From Azolla caroliniana (Eukaryota > Plantae > Polypodiophyta): a stretch of 64,000 nt of DNA. The stretch is taken from positions 682,001 through 746,000 of the forward strand of contig JBHGNT010000003.1 in assembly GCA_043228905.1 (NCBI GenBank). The letters run 5' to 3'. Below, piece after piece: positions 25,678 to 38,190 of the stretch. Under the pieces are notes generated by a model. It was not told the origin of the DNA, searched no databases, and saw only the letters and a list, made by a program, of their open reading frames with translations. The position numbers and the translations under genes were made by a program. Numbering within the stretch: the first letter of the stretch is position 1; every line of letters begins with the position of its first letter.

Positions 25678-26403
25678 TGTCGTGAAGATTTTCGTCCACA
25701 AGCGGAAACCTGAGCAACGAGAGCCAAAGAGCGATGTGCAACGTTGCACACGTACATAATGTATTTGTAATAGTAATAAGGGTAAAGTGTATGGTGCTAG
25801 AAATGCCCCATAGGATCCCTAAGGTATAAAGGTGATGTGGTCTTATGCGCACATCCACGCGCGCGAGAGAGAGAGGTACTATGCGGTACATAGGTACCTA
25901 GTTGTTTGTGTGGAGGTGGGAGTTAAGGGTCCATCAATCTCACCCTCCCCAAATCAAGGCAAATATCCCCTTTGAATGAAAGGGGATATTTTAGTCTCAC
26001 TTTTGTAAACGGTCTTCCCTCCTTGTGCTATAAAAGGAGAGGGAAGGCACCATTGTGGGGGTTGCCTATTTTGAGTGTGCGAGATATACCACATAGGTCG
26101 AGCGTTAGGGTTAGGGTTAGGGTTACTTTATCTTTATCTTTATCTTTATCTTCGTCGGTTAGGGTTTCGAGTAGTTGTTTGGTGCGGCCTATGCGGCCAC
26201 CATTTTGTAATCGTTCATTTCGTTTTAATACATCTTGTTGATCATCTTGTCTCCATCTTCCTCTTGTTCGATCTAATCTCTTGTTCATTCTTCTTCTTCT
26301 TGAACAAAGCTTCCATTCCATGTCCGATTCCTTCTCCTCTACTCCTTAGTCCAAGACCCCTGTGGTCCCGCCCTTCTCCACGCACGCGCGTAGCAACGCG
26401 ACA
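25678..26403 (+). repeat. 5' LTR of W
   Basis: Inverted near-identity to 3867-4592; TATAAAA at ~26029; (TTAGGG)3 at ~26105. Confidence 0.93.
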
Positions 26404-26407
26404 TATT

Positions 26408-26425
26408 TGGTGAACCCGACGTGAA
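26408..26425 (+). promoter_or_regulatory. Primer-binding site, tRNA-Trp
   Basis: TGGTGAACCCGACGTGAA is complementary to the plant tRNA-Trp 3' end (..TTCACGTCGGGTTCACCA). Confidence 0.9.
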
Positions 26426-29210
26426 GAGGCAGCAAGGGAGGAAGGAGATGGAAGACGGAGACATCGCGGAAGTAATTACGAGAATGGGAAGGGATTACGC
26501 AAGAAGGAGAGAAAGACGGGAAGAGGCGTACAAGTACGATCGACACGAGTTCGATCTATGGGTGTCGTCGGCAAAGGCTCCTCGAAGCGCAATGAAGGCA
26601 TTCTGGGAGTTCAATCTCCGGTTTTGCCAACTTTCGGTCCGGGATCAAGAATCGGTGGGGGCGGACAAGGTCCCACTATTCTTGAAGTCGGTCAACAAAA
26701 GGGGGAGAATGACCATTTTTCCCTACCTCGAAGACGATGAAGGGGCGTACGGCCTCACCAAAGATTGGAACGAGGTGGAATGGGCGTGCATACAATGCGA
26801 TGAGAGGCGGTTGGCCACAACGCGGCCCGCAAGCGGCGGAGAAGAGAGAGCGGCGACCGACTACGCACTACCGTTGGAAGAAAGCTCAACGCAAATCGGT
26901 TCGGAGGAGCTCGACATCGAAGCCTTGGTGCGGGAAGCGTACGAGATCGTAGAGGCACAAATCGAAGCTGAAGAAGGGCTTATTGCGGAGTCGGGCCGGA
27001 GCGGATCGGAGGATGAGGAGGCCGAAAGAGAATGGTACATCGGTACCATGGGTGAGGGTGCGGAGCGAGCCACCCTCTCGACATGCGGAGAAAGATCGAC
27101 TGAGGACGAGGTCGGGAACGGTGAGGCGGCGATCGCCGATTCGAGCAGACATAAGGGAGTTCGGGCATGGAGGCTTGAAACATTGAGTGGGGAGAAGACG
27201 GGCAGTGGTGCCGGGACCTTACGCACATCGGGCCTAGAGACTCCGGCAACCGGCCTAAGAGCCGGTGTGAGACCTAGAGTGACGGGCGGTGGCGGCGGCA
27301 AGGCGGGCGACCACGATGGTGACATGGGAGAGGGTGCGGAAAGAGCGACTCTCTCGTCTTACGGCGAATGGACGGCCATGGAGGCCGGTAACTACGGATT
27401 CGGGACATGGCGGCCCGCAACATCGAGTGAGGAGGAGACAAGCGGCGGTGCCGCGACCTTACACACACCGGCCCTAGAGGCACCGGCGGTCGGCCCGATT
27501 GCCGGCGTGAGACCTAGAGCGACGGGCGGCGGCGGCGGCGGCGAGACGGGCAACCGAGACAACGGTATGGAGACCGTGGAAGAGGAGGCGGCAAGCATAA
27601 TTGATGCTTGCATATACGGAGGCGGGGTAGCCACGGACGACGATGTCTGAATGGAGGTGGCTACGGGCATAGCATCGACGAGCGGCGGCGTTCCTACCTT
27701 ACACGCACCGGTTCAAGAGACCCCGGCGGCCGGCCCGAGTGCCCGCGTGAGACCTACGGTAACGAATGGTGGTGGCGGCGGCAAGGTGGGCGAACACGGC
27801 GACAACGTGGGAGAGGGTGCGGAGCGAGCGACCCTCTCGACTTGTGGAAAGAGGATGGCCATGGATGAGGCCGATATCTACGGAGCAATGGACGCCACTT
27901 CGAGAGTGGGTGAAAGTTTCGGGACGCGGTTGCCCGAAACGTTCTACGAGGATTTCGCGAGCATACTCGAGGCTTGCGAAATCGAGGAAGAAGAAGAGAC
28001 GAGCGGCGGTGCCGCGACCTTCCAGACATCGGTCCTAGAGACTCCAGCAACCAGCCCGAGAGCCGGTGTGAGACCTAGAGAGATGGACGGTGGTGGCGGC
28101 AAGGCGGGCAACCGAAATGACGAAGAGGAGGTTTGTAGCGGACGGAGGCGAGATCCCTCGACACCGGGGCCGGAGACTTCGGTGGTTGCGCCCAAGCGCA
28201 GACATAAGCCCGGAGAGATGGGCGGTGGCCAAGAGGATGAGAGGCCCGGAGTGGGCACGTGCGAAAAGACCGAAGGAGAGGTCCGGAGCGGCATCGAGGA
28301 GCGAGTCGGGAACCGACCCGACCGAAAGATGAGCCGGTCGGTAATCCGACCTGACCGGGAGGCGGAGCAGAAGAAGAGTGAAGCGGGGGCCGGTCAACCG
28401 GGCCCGAACCGAAGGAAGCCGGCAAGACCGGGATTGCTTGATCGATTCGTAGCCGGGCACGACGAGTACGGGTCAGTGAGAGGCCGAGAGCAAGAGGAGC
28501 CCTCCACACCTATGCTTGAGACTTCAGCGGTTGCAGATCAACGGAAGACCGAAGAGATGGCGGGTGGCGGCGAGGAGTTGGAAGACAATGCGGAATCGGG
28601 TACCGGAGCGGATGCCCGGTGTGGGAAGGATGAAGAGACCAATGCGGAGGTCGGGTCTACGGCGGATGAGCGTGAAGTGAAGCATGCACTACGGCCGGTG
28701 GAGGGTCAAGGAACAAGCATGCACTCGGGGGAGCGTCAACGAGTGACCGGAAACGGTGGACCGATTGAGCCTTTGAGAGGCGAGGACTCGGTGGTGGACC
28801 AAGAGTGGGAGGAACCCTCCACACCTACCCGTGAGGCATCAGCGGTCGCGGATCGAAGGGAGACTGAAGAAACGGTGGATGGCGGCGAGGAGTTGGAGAC
28901 CGAAGCGGAGGTCGGGTCTACGGCGGAAGCGCGACACGAGACGCATGCAATACGGCTGGTGGAGGGCCAAGACACAAGCATGCATACGACGAATGGGCGA
29001 CAACGATTGACCGACGATGACGGTCGGGTCAAGCCTTCGAGAGGCAAGTGCGAGACGAAGGACGACGCGGCGAAACACCAAGATCGACGACGTGGGCCGA
29101 GCGCGATCGGCATAAGCAGAGAGTCGTGTCTAGGAAAACGGAGGAGGTGCGTGGAGAACGGAGGGCTACGGACCGGGAAGAGAAAATGCGGTGTCCCGAA
29201 GGACATGTGA
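26421..29210 (+). pseudogene. Gag-derived N-terminus fused to a ~800-aa repeat region; one CGA>TGA stop at 27648
   Basis: EFNLRFCQLS..DKVPLFLKSV..GLTKDW aligns with the X gag (EFEKWFARLS..RVLLFVKSV..GLTTNW, ~60610-60780 -). The stop is absent in copy 1. Confidence 0.7.
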
Positions 29211-30469
29211 GGCCAATCGGGCCAAGAGGGCGCGGGTCGAGGCGAAGCGGTAACGAGAGCCACGAAGAAGGACGGGGTGATGGCACGCTCTACCGCGAGA
29301 GAGCACGACGAACAAGGGGAAAGCGAAAAGCGCGTGATGGGGTCATTGAAGGACCGAAGCACGAGCATGCATTCGGAGGAGAGCATCAACATACGGGGAA
29401 AGCCTACGGAAGGCAAGCACGGAGCGAAGAGAGTCGGCACGCCGAGGTGTGCGGCAGGCAAAGAGCGGAATCCGGCATGCGACTGGGAGCGCATCCGGAG
29501 GATATACAAGGCGGACAAAGGAAGAGCCACCGGGTCGGCGATGGCGTTCACTTGTGATGATTCCCCAATCGACTCTGTTTCCTTCATATGCGCTAATGAT
29601 GATGGCTGCCTTGTTCTACGGCATGCTCGTTGGGTTCGTATGCACGAACGCATACTCCATCAATATACGAGCAATCTCCCCGAAAGCTCTGTTGGGACCG
29701 CCATACGTGCGATATGCCTTCCCTGAGGCTGAGTACTCACCAAAGTACTCTTTCAGCTTCGATACCGGGGGTATGTCGACCTCATGGTTCCCTCCCCGTT
29801 GCAGGTCCAAAGCAGCCCGAAGCACGTTGTTGGTGATGGCTTCGGGACAAATACGTTTAGCCACTCCTTGGGCATCCGGGTGCGCGGGGGCATCGATGAT
29901 CTTCAGGTAACCGCCCATTCCTCGTTACTGGAGCCAGGCGCGGGTTTCTGTTGAAGCGGTAAGAGGCATGGTGGAGATGGAGACGGGGTTTGATTGTGTG
30001 GAAGAGTGAGGAAGAGTGATGAGGCGAGGGTGAGACAGAGGAGGAATAGTACGAAGGGGAAGCTCGGAAGAGGGGCTATGAGAGTGAAAGAGGGCTTGAG
30101 AGCAAGAGCGTTTAGAGATGAGAGCGAGAAGGGGCTTCTGAGCTTGGGAGCGATGGAGGTTGGAAGCGATAATGCACTTTTGTGTATGTGCTGCGTTTTG
30201 GAAACAGTTTTAGTAACTTACTCCTAGGGTTTTGTGCCCGAAGCGAATCCTGAAGATTCTGAGTTGTGGGTGCCATAATAAGTGACTAGCGCCACGTGTC
30301 CTGAAGGTGAGTGGGGTGCTTCGAGTGCTTTGCATGTGCTTAAATAGGTACTAAATGAGAGGTGGCTAGGGGTGCTCCTAAATTGTGGGTGCCTAGGTGG
30401 GTGGTGTAGGTGTAGCTAATCGGCGGCTAAACTATGGTTATTCCTACCTATTTTATTAATTTCAAAAAG

Positions 30470-32022
30470 TGGGTGAGTCCTTATTAAGGGAGACACGTGG
30501 CCTCCTCCGTGGGGGTCTCCCGAAACTCGTTTGTGCCGTGTGGCTCGGTAAACAGGTTGGGTGGTGTAGTGCCTCGATATGGTCGAAGTCGGAAACCATT
30601 GGCCCAACTTTTGACAGTGTCGCCGGCGAGTGTGCCGAGCTGGAACGTCCCATTGAACTCGTCGATAATCCAGAATGGACCGGTTCACCGAAATCTTAAT
30701 TTTCCCGGCATTGACTCGAGTCGTGTTTGAAAAAGAAGAACCGGTTTGCCGATGGTGAGCTCCTTCTCCAGCCCGTTTCGATGTCAATCCACGAAAGCCT
30801 TGCGTTGTCGTTGGCGTTGTTCGAGCTGGGCCATACTCTCTATCCTGTCTTCGCCGAGTTCGAGGGGTTGTTCCAGCCGGTATTGCTCGGATTGGGCCTC
30901 GGGGAGCCGTGCTTTGATTTGAACTCGGAGGCTCGGGACTTGGAACTCGACGGGCATTACGGCTTCTAACCTGAACACCATTCGAAAGGGGGTTGATTGG
31001 ATGCTTGTTTTGAAATTCGTACGATACGCCCACAACGCGCTCTAGAGTTTGTCATCCCAATCGGTCCTGTTTTCATTGACGATCTTCTTCAGTATGGTTT
31101 GGAGGATTTTATTGGTTGATTCCGCCAAGCCGTTCGCCTGCGGGTAGTATGGTGTGCTTTTCTTGTGTACCGCCGCGTAGTGGTGTGTAAGCTCACGTAT
31201 TATATGATTGATGAAGTGCCCACCTTGGTCACTAACGAGCTCAATTGGGCATCCGTAATGGCACCAAAGTTGCTCGTACATGAATTGAGCCGTGGATGCC
31301 CCCGTGTTGTCTCGGAGTGCCTTAGCCTCGACCCATTTGGTGTAGTAGTCCGTGGCAACGATAATATACCTATTCCCTGTACGGGCCGCGGGTGGTTTGA
31401 AAGGGCCTACAAAATCCAAACCCCATTTTTGAAATGGGTCCAACGGAAGAATCGGCTGGTGTGGCATGCGTGAATGTTCCATTGGTTGCCCCAATCATTG
31501 GCACAAATCGCACTGCCGGCAAAACTCGTGAGCGTCTCTCTTCGTTGTCGGCCACCACAATCCGCTTTGCCAAACTTTCCTTGCCGTGGAATCCCCGACG
31601 TAGTGCCCCCTAGCTACTCCCTGGTGGGCTTCCTGAAGAACGACGTTCTTCTCGAATTGCCGAATCGCTCGGCGCCATATGCCGTCCGAGCCTTTGTGGT
31701 AGAGAATGTCCGAGACGAGGCAAAAATTCCGGCTACGCACTGCTAGGCGTTTTCTCGTGTCAAGGGGCATGTGCTCGGGAGGTAAACCGGTAGTGAGAAA
31801 ATGGGTCATCTTCGTGATCCATTCATCTTCGTTATCGTTTGGCATCATGGTCAGGTTAAATAGGCTGGCATCCGGTAGCTCGTCATACGTTGTTTTCGCC
31901 GGTTCCCCTGACTCAAGACGACTCAAGTAGTCGGCGACGGCGTGTTGTACCCCGGGTCGATGCTGAATCTGGTAATCAAACTCTTGGAGTAGGAAATCAA
32001 ACTCTTGGAGTTGGAGTAGGAG
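30470..32022 (-). pseudogene. pol: RNase H tail plus integrase of Y copy 2
   Basis: ORFs 31495..32052, 31042..31494 and 30784..31035; same stops as copy 1. Confidence 0.9.
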
Positions 32023-32820
32023 CTTTACTCCGGGTAGTGACGGTTTGAACATCGGCCATGATACTGTTCACCGCGGGTGCCTTGCCACAGTCGGTTGTTG
32101 GACATTGCGTGGCGTAGTGGCCTGGTTGGTTACATTTAAAACACGTAACGTTGGCCGAGCTGCTGGTGTCCGCTCGGTCTGTGAGTGGAAGTTGTTGCTG
32201 TTGATTCCCAGTCTCGTTTGGTGGTGGGTTGGTCCAAGGTGCGTTGGAGTTGCATTGGTCATTTTGAGGAGCGTCTCGTCGGCGGTTGTCGTTATGTCTT
32301 CTATTGTTGCGTGAGTTGCGGTTGCCGTTTCGCCGATCACTGCGTGAGTTCTGTCGGTCATACCGGTCATCGCGATCGTCATCATATCGAGCATAATCGT
32401 CGTGCTGATCATCGCGATAGTGATCACGACGGTCATCACGTCGGTAGTTGTCGTCTCGGCGCCGTCGATCCGGGAATCGCGGTCGGTTGTTATCCTGGTC
32501 TCGGTAGGCATATCGCTCGTCCTGCCGAGAGTATGTATTTCTTGGCTCGATCTGGCGGACCGGTGCCGCCGTTGTGCGGTTCAGCATATTATATTCGCAC
32601 TGCTCGACAGTGTGAGCTCGAGACTGACAGATCGGACACTGTGGTCGGTGGGGACATTCGAGGGCCAGGTGCCCTGATCCTGAACACGACGTGCATTGGA
32701 GAGCTTGGCGAAAGCGATTGTCCTCTTGGGGAAGAGCGTTTTGTAAGGATGTCATCGAGAAGGCCGCGCCGTGCTGGGTCCGATCGAGGGCGAGAACCCG
32801 CGCTATGACTTGTTCGATAG
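31997..32820 (-). pseudogene. gag: gag C-terminal half of Y, with three Cys/His knuckles
   Basis: CTSCSGSGHLALEC, CPICQSRAHTVEQC and CFKCNQPGHYATQC; homologous to 53990..54415. Confidence 0.85.
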
Positions 32821-35800
32821 TGTTGAGAATGAAGCTCAACTTGGTCTAGTGTGTGAACTCACCTTGAGAGTGAAGAGACACTCCAACGGTCAAGAGTCAC
32901 CATTATGTCACCACTTTGTATTCTAGCATTTAGTATGAGTCATAGAATCATATTCTATGACACATAACTTATGAGCTTTCACATTCCCCATGCTCCATGA
33001 GGCTTGTAGTTAATGAAGAGAGAGGGTGACTACATAAAGCACCCTCCTCCCACCTTGTATAATGTTGAGTCTTTCTCCTTTGCTAATATAATTTTACCTT
33101 GCATATTCTCTGTGTATTACTCCTTGTCTCTGTCACTCTCTCTCATACACACACAGTTCACACCTATTCCGCTTCACAAGAATCCATCTCTTGATTCTTT
33201 ACATGGTATCAGAGCGATTTGGTAGCTCGATCTAGCCCATTCGCCTCATTGTGATCGTGCGTTGTGATCTACGCCGACGACCAAGAACCGGCTCATAGCT
33301 ATCGTAGCTTCGCTACATAGCTCGCATTCGAAGAGAGAAGAAGAAGAAGAAGAATCGACATAATGAATACTCAAATGGGGAGCGCTCTCCCTACCGAGAA
33401 GTTGGATCGAAACAACTTCGCATCTTGGGAGTACAAGATGCATCAATACCTTGTCGGACAAGGCTATTGGAGCTACATCAAAGGAGCGCATGAAGACTGA
33501 CCCGCCGAAGCGGCTCCCGGATACACGACATGGGAGCAAGCCGCAAGCCGCGTGATGTATTGTTTGGCAACATGTGTTCACGACCACATGCTCGGTTACA
33601 TTCGAGAAGCCAAGACGCCGAAGGAAGCGTGGGAAAATCTATGAAAGATTTTCGCCGCTAACACGACCGCGAGGAAGCTTCAACTCCGCCAAGAGTTGAA
33701 CAACATTCAACAAAGGGACATGTCCATCATGACATACACCTTGAAGATCAAGGAGCTTTGCGACTCGCTCGGCTCAATAAGAGTAAGTATAGATGATGAT
33801 GAGATGGTGCAAATATGCCTCGACGGCCTCGCACCACGGTTCGGCGCGATGCGAACCGCCGTTCTAGCACGGGAGAAATCTCCCTCCTTCTTTGAGCTCC
33901 AATCAATGCTATTGGTCGAAGAAAACCACGTGCGTACAAGGAGCAATGAGTCGGAAGGTCACATGCTCTACACGCACTCTAATGGAGGAAGAGGACACAG
34001 ACGAGCGAGAGGCCGATTCGGCCAAGGACAAGGCGGACGAGGTCCGACCTACGACAACAACTCCCAATTTCGGCCGCAAAATGGAGGCCAACGAGGAACC
34101 TTCGCAAGAAGGGGGAGCTTCCACTCTGGCCCGAGCCGTCAAAATGCAACCGAATGTAGATATTGCGGAAAGCTCAGCCACCACGAAGAAGAGTGCCGAA
34201 AGAAGATGCGTGAATCGGCTTCCACAAGCCGACAACTCACGAATTACGCGCACAATTCCGACTACGAAGAGTATAGCGGAATGTACGGGCACAACTCTGA
34301 CTATGAGGATCGTGGCGGAATGTACGCATACAACTCCGACCGTGGCGGAATGTTCATGATGAAACATAGAGCAAAGTCTATGTCGGCCTCTACCTCAACT
34401 AGTGCCCTCAATCCGGAGGACGTATGGTTTGTTGACTCCGGAGCCTCAAACCATATGACATTCCACAAAGAATGGTTTCTCGAACTTCGAGAGCCGGAGC
34501 GACCCGGTTATGTCGAAACCGGAGATGACACTACGCACCCGATTCGGCACATCGGCAATGTTCCGTTCGGCGAAAGAGGTAAGCAAACATACATTAAAAA
34601 TGTCTTGCATGTACCCACCATCACAAAGAATTTGGTCTCCGTCGGCCAAATGGTTGAGCAAGGGATGCAAGTACGATTCGACCAAGAAGGGTGCTTCATC
34701 GAAAAAGAAGGTTGAATCATCGCACGCGGAAGAAGAGAGGGCCGGATGTTCATTCTCGATTCGCACGAGATGAAATCCGCCATGTTCGCGAAAAGCACGA
34801 AAGCCGACTCCGACATAGAGCTATGGCATAAGCGAATCGGCCACATCAATCTCAACAAACTCAAAGCAATGAAATCGAAAGGAGTCGTCATCGGACTCCC
34901 GACATTCAAAGAGAAGGAGATTGAAGGTGTATGCGAAGCGTGCCAATTCGGCAAGCAACACCGACACCCATTTCCGAAAGAGCGGAATGTGAGCAAAGGC
35001 GTACTCGACGTAATTCATTCCGATGTATGGGGTCCGGCTCAAACGGCGACATTCGGCAGATGCCGATATTACGTGCTATTCATCGACGACTTTTCTAGGC
35101 ACACTTGGATCTATCTGATGCGGCAACAGAGCGAAGTGTTCGGACACTTCCAAAATTTCAAGAATGAAGTCGAGAAAGCCACGGGCCGACATGTACGATG
35201 CCTTCGATCGGATGGCGGCAAGGAGTACTTCTTGGACGATTTCACGGCGTATCTCTGAAAGGAAGGAATTCGGCGAGAATTCACTTGCCGACACACTCTG
35301 CAACAAAACGGAGTACCCGAGCGCAAAAATCGGCACATCCTCGAAGTAGCGTGGGCCATGATGAACGAGAAGCATATGCCCAAGTCATATTGGGCCGAAG
35401 CGGCAAATACGGCCGTCTACCTAATGAACCGGTGCACAACATCCGGCGTGCACGAGGTCACTCCGCACGAAAGATTCTTTGGAAAGAAGCCGAACTTATC
35501 ACATATCCGAATATTCGGCACGATAGCGTACGTGCACATCCCCGACGAGAAGCGTCAAAAACTTGACCCGAAGTCGGAGAAATGTATCCTCGTAGGATAC
35601 TCACTGGAACAAAAGGGGTACAAGTGCTACAACCCCTCAACTCGAAAATTACGGGTAAGTTGAGACGTCGTCTTTGACGAGTCTGCATCCTGGTACGCAC
35701 TAGAGACAACTTCGACTCCGACCCCGCTCGACCCGGAATCCACCGAACAAGAGATAGAGGATGAAGATCACCTTACGCGCATGTTCGAAGAAAGTCTGAT

Positions 35801-38190
35801 CACGACCTGACTGAGCGGACCACAAGAGCCTTTGAGCGATCAAAGCATATCACGGCCTAGCCCGAAGATGGACAAAGGCAAGGCGAAAATGGGGGAATAC
35901 GAAGACGATCGCTTCACCGACGATGAGTCAACTCACTCACTCGACAGTGAGTTTGGCGGTTTCGAGGTACCAATCGGAGCAAAGAAGGCCCTCATCTCTG
36001 CAAATGAAAAGCTCCGCCGATCCACTCGTGAAAAGAACCCCGTAAGTCGATTCGGCTACAACGATTACATGGCGTACCATTACGCCTTTATGATGAAGGT
36101 TACGACAGTACGGGAACCGGAAACCTTTTCGGAAGCCGCGAAGGACCCGCGATGGATCGAAGCAATGAACGAGGAGATGTAGGCACTACGGAAGAATGAG
36201 ACGTGGGATCTCGTTCCCACCTCACCACACAAAAAGGCGATCGGATGCAGATGGATCTACAAGGTGAAGTATAACGCCGATGGCTCCGTAAACCGCTACA
36301 AAGCTTGACTCCTAGCGAAAGGATACGCTCAGACGCATGGCGTTGACTATGAAGAGACCTTTGCCCCGGTGGAAAAGATGACGACGGTACGGACCGTAAT
36401 TGCGATTGCCGCGGCGAAAGGGTGGCACCTCCATCAAATGGACGTCAAGAACGCCTTTCTACAAGGCGAATTAGAAGAGGAGGTGTACATGATCCAACCA
36501 CCCGGCTTTAACTCGAGCACTCTTCCAAAAGCCGTATGCCGACTCAAGAATCCACTCTACGGCCTGAAGCAAGCACCGCGTGCTTGGCATTCGAAGATAA
36601 CACAATATCTTCATCAAATCGGCTTCCGTATATCAAAATCGGACAACTCCCTCTACATACGAAGCGATTCCGCAAGTCTGATCGTCATCATCTTATATGT
36701 GGATGACCTAGTCATTGGAGGTGAGCATCTCGTCGAAATCACTAAGGTCAAATCCCTCCTTTCTGCCAAGTTCGAGATGACGGACATGAAGGAGCTCCAC
36801 TACTTCCTCGGCATCGAGGTAATTCGAACTCCGGCCGGAATCATGATCTCTCAACGGCACTACATCCTCAACTTGTTATACAAATTCGGGATGGCAGAGT
36901 GCAAATCCGTGGCAACCCCGCTTGATCGTAATCTCAAACTAGATGCGCACTCCGGCACCAAAGCGTGTGAGCCGACTCAGTATCGGCAACTCATCGGGAG
37001 TCTCATCTACCTCACGATCACACGACCCGATCTCAGTTATCCGGTCGGTCTCCTTAGCCAATTCATGCAAACACCGCGTGATACTCACTTGGATTGCGCT
37101 AAGCGAGTTCTACGATACGTGAGTGGCACAATGGATTGCGGCATCCTCTACAAGACTGCGATGCCAATACGACTCGAGGGGTACACCGACGCCGATTGGG
37201 CTGGCTACAAAGCTGATAGAAGATCAACCACCCTAAACCGTTCCCATCAAGGATCCGACTCCCCTTTACTGCGATAACATGAGCAGTATTTATTTGGCTC
37301 GGAACCCGGTGTTCCACGCGCGGACAAAGCACATCGAAGTGCACTATCACTTCATCCGAGAGCGCGTTCTGGCTGGCGATGTCGACCTACAACACATTGG
37401 CACCAATCTTCAAACGGCCGACATCTTCACTAAAGCCTTAGGAGCCGACAAGTTATGGCAATTCATGACCGATCTCGGATTGACGATCCCTGACTTGCCA
37501 AGCTTGAGGGGGAGTACTGAAGACACTACGCAATAACACGTAGATTCCGCAACCGCGCACTACGCAATAACGTGTGGATTCCGCAACCACGCAACAAAGC
37601 CGCGAAGAAAGACGCAAGCCGAAGCACAGACTTCGCAACTACGCACAACGCAAGCTGGAGCGCGGATTCTGCAACTCCGCATACATGCGAGTCGACACGA
37701 GTTGACGCAGACTCTAGAACGCGAGTTGAAGCGGATTTCGGATACAGTATGAAACCGACCCGACTTGAGCTTGAGGGGGCGTGTTGAGAATCAAGCTCAA
37801 CTTAGTCTAGCTTTTGAACTCACCTTGAGAGTGAAGAGACACTCCAGCGGTCAAGAGTCACCATTATGTCACCACTTTGTATTCTAGCATTTAGTATGAG
37901 TCATAGAATCATATTCTATGACACATAACTTATGAGCTTCCACATTCCCCATGCTCCATGAGGCTTATAGTTAATGAAGAGAGAGGGTGACTACATAAAG
38001 CACCCTCCTCCCACCTTGTATAATGTTGAGTCTTTCTCCTTTGCTAATATAATTTTATCTTGCGTATTCTCTGTGTATTACTCCTTGTCTCTGTCACTCT
38101 CTCTCTCTCTCTCTCTCTCACTCACTCACTCTCATACACACACAGTTCACACCTATTCCGCTTCACAAGAATCCATCTCTTGATTCTTTA
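32821..38190 (+). mobile_element. Ty1/copia LTR retrotransposon, decayed
   Basis: LTRs at 32821-33203 and 37782-38190 (terminal CA lost), iMet PBS at 33204-33215, PPT at ~37772-37781; domain order gag-PR-INT-RT-RH. Confidence 0.96.
33363..37536 (+). pseudogene. gag-pol: Copia gag-pol with ~8 nonsense codons and an RNase H deletion
   Basis: CRYCGKLSHHEEEC, WFVDSGASNH, WHKRIGH, IHSDVWGP, LRSDGGKEY, QMDVKNAFL, LYVDDL, YTDADW and RTKHIEV. The SWxSKKQ..EAEY segment is missing at ~37230. Confidence 0.93.

Larger units (their letters stand above)
25678..29550 (+). mobile_element. Gag-only LTR element 'W', copy 2 (5' LTR, PBS, ORF; 3' end deleted)
   Basis: LTR at 25678-26403, tRNA-Trp PBS, gag-like ORF. 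Fused to Y through TTCA microhomology at 29547-29550. Confidence 0.88.
16313..32820 (-). mobile_element. Gypsy 'Y' copy 2 (3' LTR ~16313-16491 plus 23546-~23810; extra ORF; integrase; gag), host to three insertions
   Basis: Inverted match to 1-3010. The LTR is split by the CAAAG TSD of the chromovirus, and gag is cut by the copia at 32821. LTR limits are approximate. Confidence 0.75.

Noticed and set aside
26105-26125. Interstitial telomere or chromosome fusion site
   Set aside because: Only three units, and present in both LTR copies as part of the element.
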